Positions 1 through 9,178 of a stretch of 24,000 nt of DNA are shown here, in pieces. The notes beneath the pieces were generated by a model. It ran no database searches. It worked only from the letters and a program-made list of their open reading frames with translations, and was not told the origin of the DNA. Positions within the stretch are counted from its first letter, which is position 1. Each line of letters starts with the position of its first letter. Made by a program: the position numbers and the translations under genes. This DNA is from Catenulispora subtropica. Its GTDB lineage: Bacteria > Actinomycetota > Actinomycetes > Streptomycetales > Catenulisporaceae. The stretch is taken from NCBI RefSeq assembly GCF_039531675.1, contig NZ_BAAAQM010000050.1, forward strand, positions 50,243-74,242, written 5' to 3'.

Positions 1-344
1 GCCTGTTCTACCAGCTCGCCGGCCCCGCGGTCCGGGCCATCGACGGTCCGACGCAGTACTCGCTCTACCCGTCGAACGTCTCGGCCAAGCTGGCTCCCGC
101 GCATCCGGAGAAGGCCGCCGCCGAGCTGGCCGAGCGCCTTCGCAGGGTGCTGCCGGAGCAGGCCGCGGAGACGTTCCAGGGGGTGGCCATCATCGATGCC
201 AACGACCTGGGCTGCAACATCCTCGGGCAGGCCACGACCGTCTCCGAGGAGAAGATCGCGGAGATGTTCAAGGACAACCCTCTCGGCCAGGGCGCCCAGC
301 GGACTCCGCTGGCTGTGGTGGTGCTGCCGAAGCAGGGTTCTTAA
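1..344 (+). CDS. 3' end of a gene truncated by the window edge; tentatively CofE/gamma-glutamyl ligase (COG1478)-like C-terminus
   Basis: Frame +3 is open from the window edge to TAA at 342-344, with strong GC3 bias. The tail reads ...FQGVAIIDANDLGCNILGQATTVSEEKIAEMFKDNPLGQGAQRTPLAVVVLPKQGS. The family call rests on remembered similarity only, and the N-terminus lies outside the window. Confidence 0.4.
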   Translation, partial: LFYQLAGPAVRAIDGPTQYSLYPSNVSAKLAPAHPEKAAAELAERLRRVLPEQAAETFQGVAIIDANDLGCNILGQATTVSEEKIAEMFKDNPLGQGAQRTPLAVVVLPKQGS

Positions 345-358
345 CCGAAAGCCGAAAG

Positions 359-405
359 CCGGAGGCCCGGGTCCCCTTGCGACACAGGGGGATCCGGGCC
401 TCCGG
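359..405. terminator. Strong GC-rich hairpin between convergent gene ends (candidate bidirectional intrinsic terminator)
   Basis: 359-376 pairs with 388-405 (18 bp with one G-U) around an 11-nt loop. On the minus strand the hairpin is followed by GGCUUUCGGCUUUCGGUU, which derives from the ccgaaag x2 tandem at 345-358. Confidence 0.6.
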
Positions 406-419
406 CCTGTTCCCCGTTA

Positions 420-611
420 TCAGTCGATCTCGTGGAAAGCGTGGTGGTGGCTCTCAGCCCACTCCCGCGCCTCGTCCCGCGTCCGCTGTCCCGGCGAGCT
501 CATCGTGCAGAGCCGGCACTCGGCCCGCCAAGGCCACCCGCCCCATGTGCAGTAGATGTCCGCGGGGCCGCGTTCGTTGTCCTGACGCTCCCTTGCGATG
601 GTGGCGTTCAT
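420..611 (-). CDS. Small (63 aa) Cys/His-rich hypothetical protein
   Basis: ATG at 611 is preceded by GGGAGGGGG about 7 nt upstream. The frame is GC3-rich. Sequence: MNATIARERQDNERGPADIYCTWGGWPWRAECRLCTMSSPGQRTRDEAREWAESHHHAFHEID. No family recognised. The 87-aa ORF-track version starts further upstream without an RBS. Confidence 0.5.
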   Translation of the reverse strand: MNATIARERQDNERGPADIYCTWGGWPWRAECRLCTMSSPGQRTRDEAREWAESHHHAFHEID

Positions 612-757
612 CAGACACCCCCTCCCTGGCGCCTCACCTCCATTGCACCAGCTCGGTGGCAATTGACACCAGAGGATTTCCACCGACGAACCCCACCGAA
701 AGCCCCACCCCGCGCAACGCTGGAGCAGACGCCCTGAGCCCGGCTAATCTACGCCTC

Positions 758-1309
758 GTGACTATCGAAGACGACGACGACCTCGTCCTCCCGGCGGCGC
801 TGGCCGCGATAGCCGCCCTCGGCTTCCCGGAAGCCGGCGAGGACGACGAGGACGAGGACGACCACCCCACCGTGGACTTCGAGCCCTTCGAAGAATTCCT
901 CGACGCCGAGGACACCACCGACTGGTTCCGCACCTGGACCGCCAACCCCGAGACCACCGGCGATCAGTTCCGGGTCTTCGGCCAGACCTCGGCCGGCGGC
1001 TACGCGGCGTTCTGGCTCGTCCGCGACGACGCGCCCCTGACCGACCAGCCGATCGTGTTCCTCGGCCCGGAAGGCGAGACCGGCGTCGTGGCCTGCGACC
1101 TGTCCGGCTTCCTCTGGCTGGTCGCCGACGGCAGCGGCCCGTACGAGGCCGTGGAGTACCCGACCCGCCGCTCCCGCCCGCACCCGGAGTTCACGGCGAT
1201 CGCCGAGAAGCACGCGACGGGCGAGCGCATGACGGCCCGGGAGGTCGTGGCGGCCGCCCGGGACGAGTTCCCGGACTTCGAGGACACGATGGCGGAGTTG
1301 GCGCGGTAA
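758..1309 (+). CDS. SMI1/KNR4 (SUKH-1)-like protein with an acidic N-terminal region
   Basis: The C-terminal part (FRVFGQTSAGGYAAFWLVRDDAPLTDQPIVFLGPEGETGVVACDLSGFLWLVADG) matches the SUKH/SMI1_KNR4 pattern. The real-looking part has no in-frame ATG, so the start is placed at GTG 758. There is no SD, and TAATCT at 744-749 is a possible -10 for a leaderless transcript. The start is uncertain. The 310-aa ORF-track N-terminus is Arg/Pro-rich junk. Confidence 0.55.
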   Translation: MTIEDDDDLVLPAALAAIAALGFPEAGEDDEDEDDHPTVDFEPFEEFLDAEDTTDWFRTWTANPETTGDQFRVFGQTSAGGYAAFWLVRDDAPLTDQPIVFLGPEGETGVVACDLSGFLWLVADGSGPYEAVEYPTRRSRPHPEFTAIAEKHATGERMTAREVVAAARDEFPDFEDTMAELAR

Positions 1310-1340
1310 GGCTGTTCGGGTTCGGGCCGCTTCGGTGTGT

Positions 1341-1382
1341 CGGCAGGCGCCGGCGCTGCTGGAGCGGCACGCGCGCCTGCCG
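1341..1382. terminator. Candidate hairpin between convergent genes
   Basis: CGGCAGGCGC (1341-1350) is the reverse complement of GCGCCTGCCG (1373-1382), giving a 10-bp stem with a 22-nt loop and no U-tract. Confidence 0.3.
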
Positions 1383-1464
1383 GTCGCGATCGGCGAGGTC
1401 GCACGTCAGCTCACTGTTCCCCCGGGGGCCGGGGGCCGTCCAACCCGGATTCGCGATTCCGCCG

Positions 1465-1944
1465 TCACCGTCCAGGCAGAACACAAGCCGCGTCGATCTC
1501 CAGCACCCGGTTCAACCGCCCGAACGCCAGCCACGACCCCAGGCACATGGTCAGCTCGACCACTTCCTTCTGCGAGTAATGCGCCAGCATCCGCTCCCAG
1601 AACTCGCCGTCCAGCTCATGGTGGCTCACGGCGTACCGCTCGGCGTACTCGGCTGCCAACCGCGTCCGCTCGTCGAAGGCGTCCGTGGTCCGCCACTCGG
1701 CGACGGCCTCGTCGAACCCCTCCTCGACCTTCACCCCGTCGCGGTCGGTCCGCCAGTCCAGACAGAACAAGCACCCGTTGATCTGCGCGATCCGCAGCCT
1801 CGCCGCCTCGAACTCGCGCAGTCCCAGGGTCGTGTGCTCGTAGACCGCCATGGAGAACGTCGCGGCCGCGGGGCCGATACCGGGGACCATCTCGCCCCAC
1901 ACGTATCCGATCGGCTCCTTGCCCTCCGGAATGTCGATGATCAC
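1465..1944 (-). CDS. Carboxymuconolactone decarboxylase (CMD/AhpD-like) family protein
   Basis: GTG start at 1944 with GGGGAGG 9 nt upstream. Contains the motif RIAQINGCLFCLDWR (CMD-type CxxC). The GTGA overlap with the upstream gene's stop (1941-1944) suggests translational coupling. The remainder of the 316-aa ORF is a shadow frame. Confidence 0.8.
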   Translation of the reverse strand: MIIDIPEGKEPIGYVWGEMVPGIGPAAATFSMAVYEHTTLGLREFEAARLRIAQINGCLFCLDWRTDRDGVKVEEGFDEAVAEWRTTDAFDERTRLAAEYAERYAVSHHELDGEFWERMLAHYSQKEVVELTMCLGSWLAFGRLNRVLEIDAACVLPGR

Positions 1945-3020
1945 TGCGTCGCGCCTCCCCACAGCCCCGCCGCCGGGCGTAGTGGCACGTCCAGCGCGTC
2001 GTAGATCCCCGGCTCGCGGCCGGCCAGCCAGCCGATCGCGTTCACCAGCCGTCCGACCGCGGTGGCGTTGCCGCCCGCCGAACGGTTGCCGTCCTCGTCG
2101 GCCGCCTCGACGGTGACCTCGATCCGCGGACGCCCCTCGATCACCACGCGGTGCGCCCCCACTCCGTCCGGCGCCTGGGGCCATTCCGGGGCCACCGACG
2201 GATGGATCCGGGTCACGTGCTCGATGACGATCCGCGCGACGCCGTCGACGATCCCCCGCACCTCGAAACGCACGCCACCCTGGGTCTTTCCCTCGAAGCG
2301 GCCCATCGTCTCGGTCTCCACGGATTCCGTCAGCGCCGCCCGCTCGACGTGCTCCCGGATCTCCGACACCTCGACGCCGAGCGCCCGCGCCATCAGCCGG
2401 ATCTGCCCGCCCCACACCATCGTCGGCACGGTCGGCGCCGTCATCGGGGGCTCATAGTCCATCGGCTGCCCCATGCCGACCAGGTACCGGACCGAATCCT
2501 CCTGGTCGTAGGTCGAGTAGTCGAAGATCTCCTGACAGCGCACCGCTTCGATCTCGGTCCCCAGTCCGGTCATCAGCAGCGGCAGCACATCGTTGCCCCA
2601 CCCCGGATCGATTCCCGACACGAACAGCGACCCGCCGCCCTCGGCCACCGCCGCCAGGACCTGCTCCCGCTGCTCGGCCGGTGCGCTGCGCGGATCGTAG
2701 AACGCGTACAACGACGGCGTCACGACCACCGCGCCGGCCCGGATGGCGCGGTTGACGTCGTCCAGCGCCTCCTGCGGCCGGATCTCGCCGGACGCCGCGT
2801 ACACGACGGCCCGCGCCCCGCTCAGCGCCGCGTCGACGTCGTCGGTCGCCGCCACGCCCCATGGCCCGTCCTTGAGGCCGGCCAGTTCCCCGGCGTCCCT
2901 TCCCACCTTCTCCGGATTGCTCACTATCACTGCCTTCAGCACCAACCCCGAACACGCGGCGACCGCCCGGATCGCCGCGCGCCCGACATTGCCGGTGCCC
3001 CAGACCACCGTGGGGATCAT
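1941..3020 (-). CDS. DapB-N-like NAD(P)-dependent dehydrogenase (dihydrodipicolinate reductase-like / amine dehydrogenase family)
   Basis: N-terminus MIPTVVWGTGNVGRAAIRAV... is a Rossmann GxGxxG motif typical of this family. Full-length 359-aa ORF with GC3 bias and GAGG upstream of the ATG at 3020. Confidence 0.8.
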   Translation of the reverse strand: MIPTVVWGTGNVGRAAIRAVAACSGLVLKAVIVSNPEKVGRDAGELAGLKDGPWGVAATDDVDAALSGARAVVYAASGEIRPQEALDDVNRAIRAGAVVVTPSLYAFYDPRSAPAEQREQVLAAVAEGGGSLFVSGIDPGWGNDVLPLLMTGLGTEIEAVRCQEIFDYSTYDQEDSVRYLVGMGQPMDYEPPMTAPTVPTMVWGGQIRLMARALGVEVSEIREHVERAALTESVETETMGRFEGKTQGGVRFEVRGIVDGVARIVIEHVTRIHPSVAPEWPQAPDGVGAHRVVIEGRPRIEVTVEAADEDGNRSAGGNATAVGRLVNAIGWLAGREPGIYDALDVPLRPAAGLWGGATQ

Positions 3021-3080
3021 CAGCTCTGCCTCACTTCGATCGTGCTCCGACCTCGCACCAGCCCGCTTCGGCCCCGGCCG

Positions 3081-4766
<1,686 letters not shown>

Positions 4767-4892
4767 CTACCGCCGGCGTGAGAAGTCACGGTCTACTGAC
4801 GAGTAATATAACGGAACGTCAGATGAGAAACCCCAGGTAGACCTCGCCGATGAGGGATACGACCCCTGAGACGCGACGTCAGGGCCGGGGTG

Positions 4893-5282
4893 TCACCGCT
4901 CCGGCGCCATCAGCCCGGCCAGTGCCGCCCCGTCGACCGCGGCGCGGCCGGTGCGCCGCTGATATCTCCGCAGGATGTCCGCGCGGCGCCGAGGGTGCCC
5001 TTTCCGCCGTGCGGGGAAGGTCGCCGCGAGGTCGGCGAGCAGGGCTCTGCGATCGACGCCGAGGTGGTCGAGCAGCCACGCGACGCCGGGATCCAGGCAC
5101 GCGGCCGCCAGGGCGAGATGCGCCGTCGAGTGGACGCGATCGCGTCGCCCCAACGCGAGTCGCAGCGACGCCTCGTAGCAGGCCCGCGCGCCAGCACCCT
5201 GCGGCGGCGTCGCCATGGCGGCGCGGCGCCGGGCCCGCCGGGCTCCCCAGGGCAGCAGCGGCTCGCGGCCGGTCGTCACCAT
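4893..5282 (-). CDS. Clp N-terminal (Clp_N repeat) domain-containing small protein
   Basis: YEASLRLALGRRDRVHSTAHLALAAACLDPGVAWLLDHLGVDRRALLADL resembles a single Clp R/N repeat. High GC3. ATG at 5282 is 14 nt downstream of the flavin reductase stop; an alternative ATG (MATPPQG) lies further in. The rest of the 298-aa ORF is a shadow frame. Confidence 0.5.
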   Translation of the reverse strand: MVTTGREPLLPWGARRARRRAAMATPPQGAGARACYEASLRLALGRRDRVHSTAHLALAAACLDPGVAWLLDHLGVDRRALLADLAATFPARRKGHPRRRADILRRYQRRTGRAAVDGAALAGLMAPER

Positions 5283-5296
5283 ATGCTGACGGCGCC

Positions 5297-5902
5297 TCAC
5301 CGCGGCGTCTGACTCCGATACGAGAACCCCAGCTCCTCGCTGAGCCCGAAGTAGTGCCGGAAGTTGTAGATCAGCGGCTCCCAGGCCCCCGGCTCGACGT
5401 GATCCGTCCCCGGCACCACGATCGCCGGGTCCGCATGCACCTTCAGCACCTCGGCCTCGACGATCAGGAAGTCCTTGGCGGAGTCCGGCTGCACCCGCGC
5501 CGCGCGCGCCTCGAACTGCAACCCACACTCCGCGACCCGCGGCGGCCGCACCGCCTCCGACGCCCGCGGCGTCAGCCCGGCCTCGCCGAACTTGTCGGCC
5601 ACGTACCGGCACCCGGCCGGTTTCGTCTCCGGCACCGGGTGCCGTCCGGTCACGCCGGCGAGCCTCTCCACCTGCCGCCACAGGTGCGGCCCCGGTACGT
5701 TGACGACCAGTTCCGGGCGCCGCGACAGGTTGTGGCCGGTCTGGCCGTCCTTGCCGAGGCCCAAGACGATCGTCTGGCCCAGCGCCCACGCCGACGACAT
5801 CGGGGCGAGGTTGGGCGAGCCGTCGTCGTTCTCCGTGGTCAGCAGGACCACCGGGGTTCCGAAGTACAGGATGGACGGTCTGATGGGGATCGTGCTGCTC
5901 AT
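5297..5902 (-). CDS. Flavin reductase family protein (FMN-binding split-barrel)
   Basis: MSSTIPIRPSILYFGTPVVLLTTENDDGSPNLAPMSSAWALGQTIVLGLG is a typical family N-terminus. 201 aa starting from ATG 5902. The upstream part of the 359-aa ORF is Arg/Ala junk. Confidence 0.8.
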   Translation of the reverse strand: MSSTIPIRPSILYFGTPVVLLTTENDDGSPNLAPMSSAWALGQTIVLGLGKDGQTGHNLSRRPELVVNVPGPHLWRQVERLAGVTGRHPVPETKPAGCRYVADKFGEAGLTPRASEAVRPPRVAECGLQFEARAARVQPDSAKDFLIVEAEVLKVHADPAIVVPGTDHVEPGAWEPLIYNFRHYFGLSEELGFSYRSQTPR

Positions 5903-5966
5903 GCCGCGACCGTAGGCGGCCGACGCTTCGGCGGCGGCCGAAGGATCACCGGGCGATAATCGCGCT

Positions 5967-6743
5967 ATGAGCACCGCAGTCCGTCGTCCCCGTGCCGCGG
6001 CCCACGCCGCGGCTTCCGCCCCCGCCGCCGCCGACCACGAAGGCCCGGGTCTGGCCGCGGTCGCCCGTCTGCTCGCCGACGGTACCCGTGCCTCGTTCTG
6101 TCTGGCGCTGCTCGACGGCCGCGCCTGGACGCCGACCGAACTGGCCCGCTCGGCCGGCGTCGCACCGTCCACCGCGACCGAGCACTTGAACGCGTTGGTG
6201 GCCGGCGGGCTGCTGACCGAGGAGCGGCAGGGTCGGCACCGGTACGTCCGTCTGGCCGACCAGCAGGTCGCCGAGCTGATCGAGAACCTGGCCGCGGTGG
6301 CGCCGCCCCGGCCCGCCACGCCGCCGCGCACCCTGTCCGCCGACAGCCGGCGCCGGGCGCTGGAGCACGCCCGCACCTGCTACGACCACCTCGCCGGCCG
6401 GGTCGGCGTGGCGATCGCAGACGCGATGACCGAGCGTGAGCTCGTCGACTGGGAGCACGGCCTGCGGCTCACGCCCTCCGGTGAGCGCTGGCTCTCCGAG
6501 CTGGCGATCGAGGTCCCGTCCACGGTCAGGCGCCCGGCCCTGCGGCCGTGCCTGGACTGGACCGAGCGCCGCCCGCACCTGGCCGGCACGGTCGGTGCGG
6601 CGCTGTGCGGGCACGCGCTGGAGGCGGGCTGGATCACCCGCGTCGGCAGCACCCGCGCGGTCCTCGTCACCCCGGCCGGACGCGTCGTGCTCGCCGAGCG
6701 GCTGGGCCTGTCGGAGGCGGTGCTGACGCCCGCACCGCGCTGA
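5967..6743 (+). CDS. ArsR/SmtB-family winged-helix transcriptional regulator with a C-terminal extension domain
   Basis: HTH region LADGTRASFCLALLDGRAWTPTELARSAGVAPSTATEHLNALVAGGLLTEERQGRHRYVRL, then conserved TCYDHLAG...CLDWTERRPHLAG. Divergent from the flavin reductase gene. GATAAT at 5955-5960 ends 6 nt before the ATG, so the mRNA may be leaderless. Confidence 0.85.
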   Translation: MSTAVRRPRAAAHAAASAPAAADHEGPGLAAVARLLADGTRASFCLALLDGRAWTPTELARSAGVAPSTATEHLNALVAGGLLTEERQGRHRYVRLADQQVAELIENLAAVAPPRPATPPRTLSADSRRRALEHARTCYDHLAGRVGVAIADAMTERELVDWEHGLRLTPSGERWLSELAIEVPSTVRRPALRPCLDWTERRPHLAGTVGAALCGHALEAGWITRVGSTRAVLVTPAGRVVLAERLGLSEAVLTPAPR

Positions 6744-6815
6744 GGCGCCCACCCTTCACCACGGCGGGTGACGTCCACGCCGCGCATCCCGACTGCGGGT
6801 CCGAAGGAGTGTCGC

Positions 6816-6835
6816 GGCACGCATATATGCATGCC
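6816..6835. promoter_or_regulatory. AT-rich near-perfect 20-bp palindrome (candidate operator)
   Basis: GGCACGCATATATGCATGCC: the core GCATATATGC is a perfect palindrome, the outer GGCA/TGCC arms are complementary, and one symmetric mismatch pair remains. It lies between the arsR-like gene's stop and the start of the secreted-protein gene. Confidence 0.35.
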
Positions 6836-6976
6836 GACCTGGCGTCGAACCGGTGCGACGCGCCACCCGACACCCGTGGCGCGCCAGCGAGACAGTGAAT
6901 CAGAGCTCGAATAATTTCACTCCCGCGCGCGGCAGCGTCGCGCGATGGTCCCGTCCCGGGTTCAGAAGGGTGTGCG

Positions 6977-9034
6977 ATGTCAGTAAGTTCGAACAGTATG
7001 CGCCGGGCGCTGGCGTTCCTCGGAATGGTGGTGCTCGCGCTCTCCGCGGTGGCCTTAGGGCCGGCCGGCAAGGCGCGGGCCGCGGCGAACGTCGCCGTGG
7101 AGCTCGGCTATGCGGACGACCTGCGGGCCAACCCCGCGAACTTCCCGACGCCGTGGAACGGCTCGCCGGGTGTGGTCTTCAACGGCTGCACCGGATCGTG
7201 CAGCTTCGACGGCGGTGCGATCCGCTTCATCAACAACACCGGTATCCAGGTGCACGTCGACTACGTGAAGGTGCACTTCGGCACCTGCACCTTCGATCTC
7301 TGGAACAAGAACGTCCCGCTGGATCCGGGCCAGTCCCTGATCGACACCCAGACCATCAGCGGCCCGTCCGGCGGGTGCCCGGCGGACGGCAGCTTCGACA
7401 CCTCGGACGTCGGGCCGAACGGTGCCAACTGGTCAGGGCACTGCGACCAGTCCGGCGTCACTCCGGTCGTCGAGTTCTCCGTCGACGGCCAGCCCGGCAG
7501 CGTGACCGACAGCGGCCAGATCCTGAACACCAAGGGTGTCGACGGCGCCAGCTGCGGTATGGGCAACGAGTCGCAGCAGTGGGCTCCGGCGGGCAGCGTG
7601 CCGTGCCCGGGGTCGACGCTGGCCCTGTCCCCGGCCACCCAGACCGACGCGGTCGGCAGCTCGGCGAAGGTGACCGCGAAGCTGGCCAACAGCTGCGGCG
7701 ACCCGCTGCAGGGTGCGAAGATCGACTTCGCCGTCGCCGGCGGCCCGAACGCCGGTGCCACCGGCAGCGCCGTGACCGATGTCAACGGGAACGCGAGCTT
7801 CAGCTACTCCGGTGCGGTCACCGGTACCGATGTGGTGGGTTCCTTCACGACGAACCCGGCGGGCACCATCACCTCGAATACCGTGAAAGTGGTCTGGGTC
7901 AAGCGCACCCCCACCCTCACCATCGACGGCGCCTCGGCCACCGGCGACTACAACGACCCGGCTACGGTGTCCGGCACGCTGACCGACAGCGCGGGCCCGA
8001 TCGCCGGCGCCTCGGTGACGTTCACCCTGAACGGCGCCGAGACCTGCACCGGCACCACCGCGGCCAACGGATCGGTGTCCTGTTCCCTCACCCCGGGGGA
8101 GGCGGCCGGGTCCTACCCCCTGGCGGCGTCCTACGCCGGCTCGGCGACCGACGATCCGGCCGGCGCCACCGGGACCTTCGTGGTCACCCGTGAGGAGACC
8201 ACGATCGTCTACACCGGCAGCGCGCACGCCGCGAACGGCCGGCCCTACACGCTGTCCGGCAGCCTGAAGGAGGACGGCGCCACCCCGATCGCCGGCCGCA
8301 CCGTCACCTTCACCCTCGGCAGCGGCGCCTCGGCGCAGAGCTGCACCGGCACGACCGACGCGTCGGGCGACGCCTCCTGCACCCTGCCCTCGGTGAACCA
8401 GCCGAACGCGGCCACCGTCCCGGCCACCGCGGTCTTCGCGGGCGACGCGTACTACGTCCCGGCGTCCGCGTCCCTCAGCGGCGGTGTCGCCTTCACCACG
8501 ATGACCGGCAAGGCCTTCGGCCTGTCGTCCTCGGGCCTGGTCGGGATCACGCCGACCCCGCTGGCCGGCCCGGTGTCGACCACGGTGCCCGGTACCAGCA
8601 ACCCGCCGTGCGTGGCCACCATCAGCGGCCTGATCAACGCGGCCACGCTCTGCGCGGACGTGTCCACCGCGATCAGCCCGAACTCCTCGACGGCGAACGC
8701 GTCGGTGCAGCACGTCGGCATCGGCGTGCTGGGCCTCCCGGCGATCCAGATCGGCGCCGTGACCTCGACCTCGCACACCGAGTGCGGTGGCGGCACGGGT
8801 GACGCGACGGTCGCGTCCATCACCGTCGGCGGCATCGCCGTCCCGGTGAGCGTGCACCCGGGCCCGAACACCACCGTGAACGTGCTCGGCGTGAAGCTGA
8901 TCCTGAACGAGCAGGTCCACACCGACACCGCGACCGACCACGTGCTGACCGTCAACGCGGTGCACGTCGTCGTGCCCGGGCTGCTGGACACGGTCGTGGC
9001 CTCGTCGACGAGCGACATCCACGGGTGCTTCTGA
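6977..9034 (+). CDS. Secreted multidomain protein: signal peptide, Cys-rich unknown N-domain, Big_1-like plus two further Ig-like domains, and a C-terminal domain resembling the choice-of-anchor P family
   Basis: RBS GAAGGG lies 7 nt before ATG 6977. Sec signal MRRALAFLGMVVLALSAVALGPAGKARA. Big_1-like segment LALSPATQTDAVGSSAKVTAKLANSCGDPLQGAKIDFAVAGG...TDVNGNASFSYSG. Two paralogous repeats share PIAGxxVTFTL...CTGTT.A.G..SC.L. The C-terminal LILNEQV...LTVNAVHVVVPG pattern underlies the choice-of-anchor P call, which is from memory. Confidence 0.8.
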   Translation: MSVSSNSMRRALAFLGMVVLALSAVALGPAGKARAAANVAVELGYADDLRANPANFPTPWNGSPGVVFNGCTGSCSFDGGAIRFINNTGIQVHVDYVKVHFGTCTFDLWNKNVPLDPGQSLIDTQTISGPSGGCPADGSFDTSDVGPNGANWSGHCDQSGVTPVVEFSVDGQPGSVTDSGQILNTKGVDGASCGMGNESQQWAPAGSVPCPGSTLALSPATQTDAVGSSAKVTAKLANSCGDPLQGAKIDFAVAGGPNAGATGSAVTDVNGNASFSYSGAVTGTDVVGSFTTNPAGTITSNTVKVVWVKRTPTLTIDGASATGDYNDPATVSGTLTDSAGPIAGASVTFTLNGAETCTGTTAANGSVSCSLTPGEAAGSYPLAASYAGSATDDPAGATGTFVVTREETTIVYTGSAHAANGRPYTLSGSLKEDGATPIAGRTVTFTLGSGASAQSCTGTTDASGDASCTLPSVNQPNAATVPATAVFAGDAYYVPASASLSGGVAFTTMTGKAFGLSSSGLVGITPTPLAGPVSTTVPGTSNPPCVATISGLINAATLCADVSTAISPNSSTANASVQHVGIGVLGLPAIQIGAVTSTSHTECGGGTGDATVASITVGGIAVPVSVHPGPNTTVNVLGVKLILNEQVHTDTATDHVLTVNAVHVVVPGLLDTVVASSTSDIHGCF

Positions 9035-9059
9035 GCGACGTCCACGGATGCTTCTGAGC
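9012..9059 (+). repeat. 23-nt tandem duplication spanning the last codons and stop codon of the secreted-protein gene
   Basis: gcgacatccacgggtgcttctga (9012-9034) is followed directly by gcgacgtccacggatgcttctga (9035-9057) and then gc. The copies share 21 of 23 nt. Confidence 0.9.
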
Positions 9060-9107
9060 CGGTGAGCGATGGCTCTCCCGTTCTCGGGAAGGAGTGAGTG
9101 AACGCCG

Positions 9108-9141
9108 GACGGCCCGGCCGGGGAAACCCGGCCGGGCCGTC
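9108..9141. terminator. Perfect 15-bp GC hairpin with a GAAA tetraloop between convergent genes
   Basis: gacggcccggccggg (9108-9122), GAAA loop, cccggccgggccgtc (9127-9141). It sits between the stops at 9034 (+) and 9179 (-). There is no strong U-tract on either side. Confidence 0.6.
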
Positions 9142-9178
9142 GGTGGTGCTTGGTGGTGCGTGGTGCGGTGAGGCGATG

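Noticed and set aside
4850-5959. 369-aa plus-strand ORF across the Clp_N/flavin-reductase region
   Set aside because: It is an Arg-rich low-complexity translation, antisense to two genes with recognisable domains.
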